From an uncultured Verrucomicrobiae bacterium (GTDB lineage Bacteria > Verrucomicrobiota > Verrucomicrobiia > Opitutales > JABDGR01): a stretch of 64,000 nt of DNA. The DNA is taken from positions 352,001-416,000 of the forward strand of contig CAVXVB010000008.1 in assembly GCA_963765205.1 (NCBI GenBank), given 5' to 3'. Shown here piece by piece: positions 37,992 to 46,671 of this stretch (positions are counted from its first letter, which is position 1; every line of letters starts with the position of its first letter). Position numbers and translations under genes: made by a program. The notes beneath the pieces were generated by a model, which saw only the letters and a list, made by a program, of their open reading frames with translations, searched no databases and was not told the DNA's origin.

Positions 37992-40454
37992 ATGGCAAAA
38001 CTATTTAGAACTTTCAAACGAGCACTACTCAAGGCAAAGACAGAGGAGGAGGTGAAATCTATATACGCAGGTCACTTCGGCCTTCGTTACGATACTGAAT
38101 TTAGACACGACCTTTATTCGCAAGAAATACTTTACGAGTTCAAGTTTAACCGGCAGCTTAAAAAACGAGGTGTGAGGGCTTCAATAATCGCACAGGTTCT
38201 GTATTATATTCGACGCCTTAGATACAGTCACGCCGATAAAGCGATCCCTCCCGTAATTTGCATCGCTGACCATAACGCAGCATTCTTTACTTACACGAAT
38301 ACTTGGAGCAAATTCTATAAAAATGAGAAGGGAAAATATGACTGGGAAGTCGCTCCAAGCACTCCCGATCAAAAACTTGTTATTGATTTAAGTACGTCTA
38401 AAGAGATCAACACCATACAAGTATACAACGTATTAGAAGAATCTGAATTCAAACGATTCAGCGAAGCTTTAGAACAACATAGGTCAAAACAATTAACCTT
38501 AGAACTTCGTGAAAAGAAATTAATCACTGAGGATAATTTTGAAGATGTTTTCGAATATTGGAACAGATGCTTTGGTCAGGCCGTAAAAAATGGCACAAAA
38601 CCATCTCGCTATTTTCTGTGTGACATCCAGAAGGAACGGTCTTTATATGACCCAATTGAGAATAAAGTTATATTCTTCGTTGGTCCCACAGAGAAGAGAG
38701 CAAAGAAAATATTGCCGAATGAATATGAATTATTTTGGTCAAATTATGAAAAGGTAAGTAACCCAGATACAGTCAGAAATATTTTGGCAAAAGTAGATCG
38801 ACTGACTGAAGAGCCAATCAAAAGATTTACCGGGGAGTTTTTTACACCGGTTCTCTTTGCTAAAAAAGCCCACAAGTATTTAGAGAAAGCTGTTGGAACA
38901 GAATGGTGGACTAAGAATATAAGACTTTGGGACATGGCAGCAGGAACGGGAAATCTAGAGTGGTATTTGCCTTCTGACTCTTACAAGAATATATACCTAT
39001 CTACACTTCATAGGGACGATGTCGAACACTGCAAACGAGTGTTTCCGGATGCTACTGTCTTCCAATACGATTATCTTAATGATGACATTGACAACGTTTT
39101 TGCACAAGGGTCTCTCTTCGCTGAGCCAACGAAGCTTCCTGACAATTTAGCTTCAGACCTATTGAATCCCGAAATCAGTTGGATTATTTTTATAAATCCC
39201 CCTTTTGCTACATCACAAACTGCCGGCACCTCAGGCAAGAGTAAAAAGAATGTTAGTAAGACAAAAATTCGACCACTCATGCATGAAATGGGTCTTGGTG
39301 AAGTTTCACGAGAACTATTTGCTCAATTCCTATTTCGCATTAAACATGAATTCAGAGGGAAGCAGGCTTGCCTAGGCCTATTTTCTACGCTCAAGTATGT
39401 GACTGCTAATAATGATCAAACTTTTCGCGATAAAATATTTAAGTTTACATATAAAAACGGTTTTATTTTTTCGTCGGCAAATTTTTGGGGGACGAAAAAA
39501 GGAAACCCATTTCCTGTAGGATTTCTTGTTTGGGATCTTGTTAACCAAAAAAAGCTTGAGGATCAGACAATTGAAGTTGATGTTCTAGATGACGATTCCA
39601 GCAAGCTGGCTAGAAAGCTAATCACTTCAGAACACCGGTCACAATTTTTAAGCAAATGGATTGAACGACCAGACGCGACAGAAAAGTTTCCGCCTTTTGG
39701 TGGAGCAATATCTATAAAATCTAATAATGAAGATACTCGTGATAGGGTGGCTCCTGGTTTTCTTGCTTCATTGATGTGCAAAGGAAATGACGTTCAAAAT
39801 TACAATAATGTCGCACTTCTTTCTGGCCCGTACGTAAGTGCTGGTTCACTCTCAATCACAGAAGGCAATTTCGATAAAGCCATGGTTGTCCATGCAGTTA
39901 GAAAGAATGTGAAAAAGACGTGGATAAATGATCGCGACCAATTTCTTCAACCCAGGAAGCAACCTAGCGTAGATTTCGTTAAAATATGCACGGTTTGGAA
40001 CCTTTTCTCCGATTCTAATCAAACTGCGTCGTTACGTAATGTTGATTATTTAGGCAATACTTATCAAATTGTAAATCATTTCTACCCCTTCAGAGTAGCA
40101 ACATTATCTCACTGGATCATTACAGATTCTGAAATTAAACGGTCACTAACGAAAGACCCTCAAGATCGATTTGTAGCCCTATGGCTTGATTCTCAAAGAC
40201 TGGATCCTCAATCACAAAATTTAATCAAAATTGGCAAAGAGGTATATAAGTCTTTTTATGCAAACTTTAAGGATCTCCCAACAGCAAAATACAAAATTGA
40301 ACACTGGGACGCGGGTTGGTGGCAGATAAGGAAGTGCATGATAGATGCTGGATTGGAATCCTCAAAATTCGTAGAATTGGAAGATTTACAGAAAAAGTTG
40401 GGTTTGGTAATTTACGGGTCAGCTTTGGATCTAGGCATTATATCTTCAATATAA
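37992..40454 (+). CDS. Single-chain restriction-modification enzyme (type IIG-like: PD-(D/E)xK nuclease, amino-methyltransferase, TRD)
   Basis: HDLY...YEFK nuclease-like motif; GEFFTP; LWDMAAGTGNL (motif I); FINPPF (motif IV). Real start taken at MAKLF (37992). Confidence 0.82.
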   Translation: MAKLFRTFKRALLKAKTEEEVKSIYAGHFGLRYDTEFRHDLYSQEILYEFKFNRQLKKRGVRASIIAQVLYYIRRLRYSHADKAIPPVICIADHNAAFFTYTNTWSKFYKNEKGKYDWEVAPSTPDQKLVIDLSTSKEINTIQVYNVLEESEFKRFSEALEQHRSKQLTLELREKKLITEDNFEDVFEYWNRCFGQAVKNGTKPSRYFLCDIQKERSLYDPIENKVIFFVGPTEKRAKKILPNEYELFWSNYEKVSNPDTVRNILAKVDRLTEEPIKRFTGEFFTPVLFAKKAHKYLEKAVGTEWWTKNIRLWDMAAGTGNLEWYLPSDSYKNIYLSTLHRDDVEHCKRVFPDATVFQYDYLNDDIDNVFAQGSLFAEPTKLPDNLASDLLNPEISWIIFINPPFATSQTAGTSGKSKKNVSKTKIRPLMHEMGLGEVSRELFAQFLFRIKHEFRGKQACLGLFSTLKYVTANNDQTFRDKIFKFTYKNGFIFSSANFWGTKKGNPFPVGFLVWDLVNQKKLEDQTIEVDVLDDDSSKLARKLITSEHRSQFLSKWIERPDATEKFPPFGGAISIKSNNEDTRDRVAPGFLASLMCKGNDVQNYNNVALLSGPYVSAGSLSITEGNFDKAMVVHAVRKNVKKTWINDRDQFLQPRKQPSVDFVKICTVWNLFSDSNQTASLRNVDYLGNTYQIVNHFYPFRVATLSHWIITDSEIKRSLTKDPQDRFVALWLDSQRLDPQSQNLIKIGKEVYKSFYANFKDLPTAKYKIEHWDAGWWQIRKCMIDAGLESSKFVELEDLQKKLGLVIYGSALDLGIISSI

Positions 40455-40459
40455 GATAG

Positions 40460-41048
40460 ATGGATATGACGCACAACCCGCTAATTCTGCCCATTGTCAC
40501 CATGGCTGTGCTCGGAGTGCTAGTCTTAGTCCTCAAGGTTCTCAAGGCTAGGGTATCGAAAGAGCCAGAAAATGGCACCTACTACCTCAAGCAATCTCTG
40601 TTTACCCCTGCAGAGCGGTCATTCCTTGGCGTGCTGGAGTCCTTGGGGATGCCAGAATACCGAATTATGGCTAAAGTGCGCCTGGCTGACATCTTTGGAG
40701 TCAAAAAGGGGCAAGGCTGGCGGTCGGCCTTCAACCGGATAAGCGCCAAGCATGTGGACTTCCTGCTGGTCAGGCAAAGCGACGGCGCACCGATTCTTGG
40801 CATCGAGCTCGACGATAGCTCCCATGATCGGCCGGATCCGCAAAGAGCGGGATAGGTTCGTTGACGTTGTTTTTGCCTCCGCTGGCCTGCCCCTGCTCCA
40901 TGTGCCAGCCCGCCAATCCTACGAAACAAGGGCCATTCAGGCACAGATCAATGACGCCATCAATAACCGGGCCAATGCGGGCGCAGTGGGGGCGGGTGGG
41001 GGATTGAGCGGGCCCAAAGCAGTCCCCGGTCAAGCGGCTGCCGGGTGA
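40460..41048 (+). CDS. DUF2726 family protein, frameshift near 40836
   Basis: N-terminal TM; LFTPAERSF..VL, KVRLADI, RISAKHVDFLL, IELDDSSH; continues RKERDRFVD.VFASAGLPLLH in the shifted frame. Confidence 0.85.
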
Positions 41049-41193
41049 GCTTGCACCGGGGTCTGCGACGGCTCGCAATTTTTGGTTCTTTTTCCCAAAA
41101 GGAAGGGAGGAAGCAGTCCGGGGTGCGAACGGGCGGGAGGTGTAGCGCAAGCGGAACGCACGCCAGGTAGTCGCCCCGGTCTGCGGGGTGGGT
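41008..41193. repeat. Multi-hairpin repeat A, copy 1
   Basis: Direct repeat of 42209-42393 with about 20 differences over ~186 nt by manual alignment. Confidence 0.92.
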
Positions 41194-41357
41194 GCTTGTT
41201 TCGTTTTGACAACCTTGTGTGCCTTTGTCTTGCCTGTGCTTGGCGGCGGGGGTAACCAAGCCTGCGACAGTCTTATTCCAGCAGGAGAGTTCGGCACAGC
41301 ACAAATGCTCCCTTGGGGGCCACACGATGGAGAGCGTCTTGACAAATAAACTTTTCC

Positions 41358-41404
41358 TTAACCCTCTCTCCCCAACCCCGGCAACCCCAAAAAAGCAAAT
41401 TCCA
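41358..41404. repeat. Repeat B, copy 1
   Basis: ttaaccctctctccccaaccccggcaaccccaaaaaagcaaattcca; near-copy at 41905-41950. Confidence 0.85.
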
Positions 41405-41665
41405 TTCAGTGAAAAGTTTGTGGGTTGAACCCAAAAAGTCAACGCCGACCGCCCCACCGAGGGAACAAGAGGCAACCTCAACCTGAACCCTTGCTTGCCC
41501 CCCGCGCAGCATGGCGAGCATCACGGCCAGCAGCCGGTGGTGCAGCTTCGTCGGCAGTGTGCGCGCGAGGCGGCGCAGTTGGCGGCTAACGGCCACTTCG
41601 TCAACACCACCAGCCCACCCGACTTCGGTGCCCTTTAACCGCTAGGCCCAAAGGGGGCAAGCCGA

Positions 41666-41854
41666 TTAAGCCCCTCCTGTCAGCAGTAACATCCACGATC
41701 CATCATCTTGACATTGTAAATGTTTTTCGGGGTTGGTGTCAACTATGATAATTGAGCCTGTTGAATATTGCTGGCCATTATACCAGCAAATTCCGGGCGT
41801 AGGTGCAGGCGGCTGTGTAGGTGCAGGTGGGGGTGTTGTATTGCTCTCTTTCAT
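41666..41854 (-). CDS. Small Cys-containing protein (DUF1496-like)
   Basis: CWYNGQQYSTGS...LQCQDDGSW after a Pro/Thr-rich N-terminus. Confidence 0.6.
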   Translation of the reverse strand: MKESNTTPPPAPTQPPAPTPGICWYNGQQYSTGSIIIVDTNPEKHLQCQDDGSWMLLLTGGA

Positions 41855-41904
41855 GTTGTGAATGGGAGTTGATGTTAAAAGAGGACGAGGCATTTCTGGG
41901 CGAT

Positions 41905-41950
41905 TTAACCCCCTCCTCCCAACCCTGGCAACCCCAAAAAAGCAATTTCA
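41905..41950. repeat. Repeat B, copy 2
   Basis: ttaaccccctcctcccaaccctggcaaccccaaaaaagcaatttca. Confidence 0.85.
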
Positions 41951-42190
41951 GTTACCCTATTTGAACCGCTTTTGGGTCGAATTGTGGGTTACGGGACGGT
42001 CGCCGTCTCTGGAACCGGGGGCACGGTCTTCCAGCTTCGGTTTCTGCCCAATGCACCCCACATTCACAGCTTACTCCAAGAGTCGATTAATCAAGCCAAA
42101 ACTGGCCGGCGGTCGCCCTACCCGGCATCGCCCCTGGAACACGCAACAGGGCCAGCCTACGACGAAACCCGCTATATGCCGAAAGGGTAG
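41951..42190 (+). pseudogene. 5'-truncated bacterial PH-domain (bPH_2-like) gene fragment
   Basis: VTLFEPLLGRIVGYGTVAVSGTGG resembles the 'LGRILGYGTV.V.GTGG' bPH_2 motif; the N-terminal half is missing and the fragment abuts repeat B2. Confidence 0.6.
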
Positions 42191-42208
42191 TGCCTTGCTG
42201 TGCGCTTG

Positions 42209-42393
42209 GCGGGCCCAAAGCAGTCCCCGGACAGCGGATGCCAGGGGAGCTTGCGCCAGGGTCTGCGACGGCTCGCAACCTTTGGTTCTTTTTTCCAAAA
42301 AGAAGGGAGGCAGCAGCCCGGGGAGCGCACGGGCGGGAGGTGTAGCGCACGCGGAACACACGCACGGTAGCCGCCCCGGTCTGCGGGGTGGGT
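42209..42393. repeat. Multi-hairpin repeat A, copy 2
   Basis: Direct repeat of 41008-41193. Confidence 0.92.
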
Positions 42394-42464
42394 AAAAGCC
42401 CCGGCTGGCGTTTTTACAAATCAAACTGATACAGTGCCATTTCCTCTTGCATATATTTTTATAG

Positions 42465-43670
42465 ATGTATATTGAAACTTATATGTCAAGGGATGCCAAT
42501 AAGCAGTCCGATGCACAAGGGTCACGCTTACTAGCCACAGCTACGTCCTTTTTTACTGCAGCGATTCATGATTGGAAATCAGTTCGACGCGCACTCACCC
42601 TTATCACCGGCGGGGCAGCTATTTTGGTGGCATTAGTTTGGGGTATTCTCACATTGATTACACCATATATCGAAAATATCGAAAGCGTCAAAAATGTGGA
42701 GGATGGCACCAATATGGAGGTAGGGCATTACACGATTCAATTACGCAACGGACAACAAGTAACAGTCGTGTCTGTTCCGGCCATGCAGCTTGCCGTTCCT
42801 ACTGGAGTGTATTTGGACAGTGTAAACCAATTCCACATAAAAGCGGTCGGCGGCTTGGTTATGACTGTTGGCGGACTCCCCCGTATGCCCAGAAAAACAT
42901 TAGACGATACCAATTACCCCGATGTATCCAAGGATTTGCTAATTTCTGACTTGGACAGAGACTCAAACCCCGGCTGGAGAAAACCAGATGGGACACTGTA
43001 CTACGGTAAAGGCGCTATCTATGACCCGACAAAGGACGATCCGGAGCGTGCGAATCACAAACTCATTCCGGGCGCTGAATACGGATGCCTATTGGCCTTC
43101 GTCGTCCCGCGTAATACACAATACCCCGATGATGTTTTCAAGTACATGGCAAGCAATAACGTGGTTTTTCTTGAAATTGGAGATGGGGACACCATTAAAT
43201 ATGATTCAAGCAATAAAGAATATTATCTTGAAAACAAGCATTACGTTAACGGTGTCCGCATCGGACACACACTTCCCTCAAATGGAGAGATATACTTGAC
43301 CATAAACGATGTTCTCGTTAAAGATAAAAATGACATCAATCTATCACAAAAACAAAAAGATGATGCCAAACTAACACTCGAAAATCAGGCCAAAAGATTG
43401 ATAGACGACGAGGGGGAGGCCGAGATACTGGAAGCTGAATCAGACGAGGAAAAGGCCAAAACAATATCAGACGCAGAAGTGACATTGAAAGACAATTCGG
43501 AATTGGCAGTGAAGGTGACCAAAGAATTACAGTTGGACTCGAATACTACGGCAATGTATTACGAAGCTCAACGGGAGATAGTTACGAATTCACTTCGTGG
43601 ATCTTATGGAATCTGGTATCTTGATAACCGCGGCAGCTTTACCGTCTCCATTATAAAGGGGAAAGATTGA
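42465..43670 (+). CDS. Membrane-anchored hypothetical protein with LecA/PA-IL-like motifs
   Basis: N-terminal TM; YGCLLAFV, GEIYLTIND and YLDNRGSFTVSI, with a long helical acidic insert between the last two motifs. Confidence 0.55.
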   Translation: MYIETYMSRDANKQSDAQGSRLLATATSFFTAAIHDWKSVRRALTLITGGAAILVALVWGILTLITPYIENIESVKNVEDGTNMEVGHYTIQLRNGQQVTVVSVPAMQLAVPTGVYLDSVNQFHIKAVGGLVMTVGGLPRMPRKTLDDTNYPDVSKDLLISDLDRDSNPGWRKPDGTLYYGKGAIYDPTKDDPERANHKLIPGAEYGCLLAFVVPRNTQYPDDVFKYMASNNVVFLEIGDGDTIKYDSSNKEYYLENKHYVNGVRIGHTLPSNGEIYLTINDVLVKDKNDINLSQKQKDDAKLTLENQAKRLIDDEGEAEILEAESDEEKAKTISDAEVTLKDNSELAVKVTKELQLDSNTTAMYYEAQREIVTNSLRGSYGIWYLDNRGSFTVSIIKGKD

Positions 43671-44018
43671 AATATTTTCGATCTAAAGCCGCCTGCCAAG
43701 GCCGGCACTTACTATGAACTGTTTCGAGACAGAGTCGTTTATACCCGATTCGACGCGGCTTTGTGGTAAATTACAAAACTCCGTCCTGGGAAAATTGGAG
43801 ATTTTCTTAATTAAATTCAGACGAAAGCGGACGAAAAACTTGAAAATCCGCCAAGCAACCAGATCGTTGAAAATCCGTAAATGGGACTACTGCATTGGTG
43901 GAAGATTTCAACAACAAGAATATTTTTCAACTGAAAGCCCTGCTTGACACATTTTTGGTTTTCCTGAACTCTTGCTAAATCAAATAAAAACTTGACCTTA
44001 TAGAAAGCGGAGACACAC

Positions 44019-45089
44019 ATGAGCAAACAAATTATCTTTTGCACTGACGGCACTTGGAATAGTCCTGACTCTGACACCAATGTCTACAAGCTATACAAGG
44101 CTATCCCAATCACTTCAAATCAGGTTGCATTTTATGACGACGGCTTAGGAGCGGACGGCACTCCACTTGAAAAACTCGCAGGTGGAGCGATGGGTGAAGG
44201 AATTTTTCAGAAAATAAAAGATGGTTACACAAAAATTGCCCATGCCTATGAGCAGGGAGATGAAATATTTTTGTTTGGCTTTAGTCGAGGTGCCTTTACT
44301 GCGCGAAGCCTTGCTGGGATGATCGCCGTTTGCGGTCTGCCAACGGGATTGTTTGACGATAACTTAGTGGAGACTGCATTTCAGGCTTATCGCGACAAAG
44401 TCCAGCGTGAAGTTTTGCTGAGCAGCTTAGGTAAGTATAACCTGTTTGATGCCAAGCTCACTATGGTTGGCGTGTGGGATACGGTCGGCGCACTAGGCAT
44501 ACCGGCCCTTTGGGGAGGATGTGACCCGGCTATCTATGGTTTCTTGGACACTGGCCTGCACCCAGATGTATTGAATGCCTATCAAGCCCTATCGATTGAT
44601 GAACGTCGTCGCGAATTCCCTCCCACGCTATGGACATCTTCACCGGTTCCAGGCCAGACTATCGAACAGGTTTGGTTTTCTGGCGTACACTGCGACGTTG
44701 GAGGAGGGTATCCAGAAACTGGCTTATCGGACATTACCTTGGCTTGGATGATTGGGAAAGCTACCGCCCTTGGATTGCAAATCAACCCCAGCGTCCAGAC
44801 ACAGTATGGTCAGCCGGACGCCAAAAACGCGCTTGCTGTCCTACACACTTCATGGAGCATTTGGTGGGGATTTCCCACATGGAGATCGATTGCTACCAAT
44901 GCAGTGCTTGCTAACAGCGCTGCCATCCGTTGCCAATACGATACAACTTACCGGCCTGGCAGCTTGAGTATTCCGAGCGGCATTCTGGCTACTAATTATT
45001 CCTTAGTAACGGTGGTAAATCCGCTACCGGCGCAAGGAGCGTCGCCGGCAGCACCACCAGCATCGATGTCAAACCCGCCACCCGGCTAG
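44019..45089 (+). CDS. DUF2235 / Tle1-like alpha/beta hydrolase
   Basis: FCTDGTWN, TNVYKL, FGFSRGAFTARSL, VGVWDTVGALG, ALSIDERR..F, VWFSGVHCDVGGGY. Confidence 0.92.
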   Translation: MSKQIIFCTDGTWNSPDSDTNVYKLYKAIPITSNQVAFYDDGLGADGTPLEKLAGGAMGEGIFQKIKDGYTKIAHAYEQGDEIFLFGFSRGAFTARSLAGMIAVCGLPTGLFDDNLVETAFQAYRDKVQREVLLSSLGKYNLFDAKLTMVGVWDTVGALGIPALWGGCDPAIYGFLDTGLHPDVLNAYQALSIDERRREFPPTLWTSSPVPGQTIEQVWFSGVHCDVGGGYPETGLSDITLAWMIGKATALGLQINPSVQTQYGQPDAKNALAVLHTSWSIWWGFPTWRSIATNAVLANSAAIRCQYDTTYRPGSLSIPSGILATNYSLVTVVNPLPAQGASPAAPPASMSNPPPG

Positions 45090-45342
45090 CCGGATCATCG
45101 GAAATGTGTAACCCGAATGTGTAACCCGGTGGTCAAAAATGGGCCTATTTTAGCGGACTGATGCGGAGTCGAGTCGAAGGTACAACTTTTGCAAGTTGCT
45201 CTAGGTCATACTCAAGCGGACTCCTGCGGGATCGCGCCGAATATAGCAAATAGTATCATTTCTCATTAGAAAACCATTGCTCTATCTACTCGACAAACCT
45301 GCTGCGAACGGTACTGGTTTTTGCATAATGGACTCTTAGGGC

Positions 45343-46486
45343 TTATCGGGTAACGTCAGGAAGTTTGTTCACGGCCGCACGTTTGTGCTCATCGGAAATA
45401 TGCGTGTAATGGCGGCTCACTGCAGCGCTGTCATGGCCGATAATGTCCATTGCCACAGCTTCAGAAACACCCGCGTTTTTGAGCAAGCTTGTGGCAGTAT
45501 GACGCAAGGCATGAAAAGACAGCGCAGACATTTCGTGTCGTGCGGAACCGTCCTTCCTTGTGGGCTTGATGATCTCGGCTGTCGGCTAATCCAGCCGCTG
45601 CCAACAAATCTGAAAACTCGCGGGAAAGCTGCGAGACTTTGCCTTGTGTAGTGGCGCAATCGTGCGCATGGGCAAAAACAGCCGCGGTGGGGTCGTCACC
45701 TGCATGCTTTTCCAGCCAGCGCAATAACGGAGCGGCGATGGGCACCCCCATGCGTCGCCCGGTCTTTTGGGTGGTAAAAACCACTTCCTGCTCCACAAGG
45801 TCAATTTGCTGCCACGTCATCCGTGCCAGATCGCCAAGACGCTGCCCGGTATAAAGCCCAGCCAGCACAAGGCCATGCCATTCTTCATTTGCCACGTTCA
45901 AGACGCGCTTTAGCTCTTTCATGGTGAAGGGACGGCGGGTGTTGACCTCACGGCGTTTAATCGTCGGCACAAGCGCGGCGGGATTTGTCAGGCAAGCACC
46001 TTCACGCAAAGCGTCTTGCAAGGCGCAGCGGAGGATTTTTAGCGCGGTGTTCGCTGTGGCCGGGGCGCGTCCCTTGGCCCGCGCGTCACGCCACGCCGCC
46101 ACAATCGAGGGAGTCAATTCGTCGAGGAACATCTTTTGCGCCCGGTCGCCAAGGTGAGCGGTGAAGCCCTCTGCTACCTTGCGGTAGGCGTGGGCGGTGC
46201 TGGGGCTGGTCTCCACGGCCTTACGGCTGGCCCAGCGCGCCAGATAGGCAGCAATCGGCTCGCCGGCCACGTTCTCGCCCGTGAGCTCGCGCACAACTTC
46301 GGAAATGACGCGTCGGGCCTGATTGGCGGACATCCGGCCCCGGTAGGCTGCTTCCCACGTCTCTGCGAGCTTTTGGGCCCCAGGACGGCTGGTTTGGCGG
46401 GTGCTGCGTTGGCGCTGTTTTCCGGTTGCATCCGTAAAGCAGGCAATCCAATATCGGCAGTTAGGTTTGCGAGTTAGAGAAGCCAT
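45343..46486 (-). CDS. Tyrosine recombinase/integrase, frameshift near 45547
   Basis: YTGQRLGD (R), QKTG (K), then in the shifted frame SFHALRH, IIGH, HYTH (H-x-x-R, H, Y). Confidence 0.92.
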
Positions 46487-46584
46487 AATCTTCCAATGAT
46501 TCTTCCAATGACGTGGAGCTTTGTCAACATCATAGAGTTGTTTTCCCGCTCTAAGATAGAGACTTACGACACGCCCGGAACCAT

Positions 46585-46614
46585 TCGAGGGTTCGATTCC
46601 CTCCGCCCGCACCA
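46585..46614 (+). repeat. attR: duplicated 3' 30 bp of tRNA-Gly
   Basis: Identical to 34955-34984. Confidence 0.95.
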
Positions 46615-46671
46615 CTTTCCCCCCAGTCCGCCACCGACTGACAAACTTTTTACGGTCTCTCGTCCACGCGC

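Larger units (their letters stand above)
34955..46614. mobile_element. tRNA-Gly-integrated element with tyrosine integrase and a rolling-circle Rep/SSB module (~11.6 kb)
   Basis: Perfect 30-bp direct repeat tcgagggttcgattccctccgcccgcacca at 34955-34984 and 46585-46614; integrase adjacent to the right end; abrupt drop in GC. Confidence 0.93.

Noticed and set aside
41008..42393. CRISPR array or classical integron
   Set aside because: Only two long copies with no regular repeat-spacer period and no cas genes. The integrase shows no obvious IntI-specific insertion, and I could not identify canonical RYYYAAC/GTTRRRY attC ends.
34985..46584. Complete inovirus or tailed prophage
   Set aside because: No Zot/pI ATPase, small TM coat genes, terminase, capsid or tail genes recognised.
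46585..46614. Possible second tRNA gene
   Set aside because: Only the T arm and acceptor 3' strand are present; it is the att duplication.
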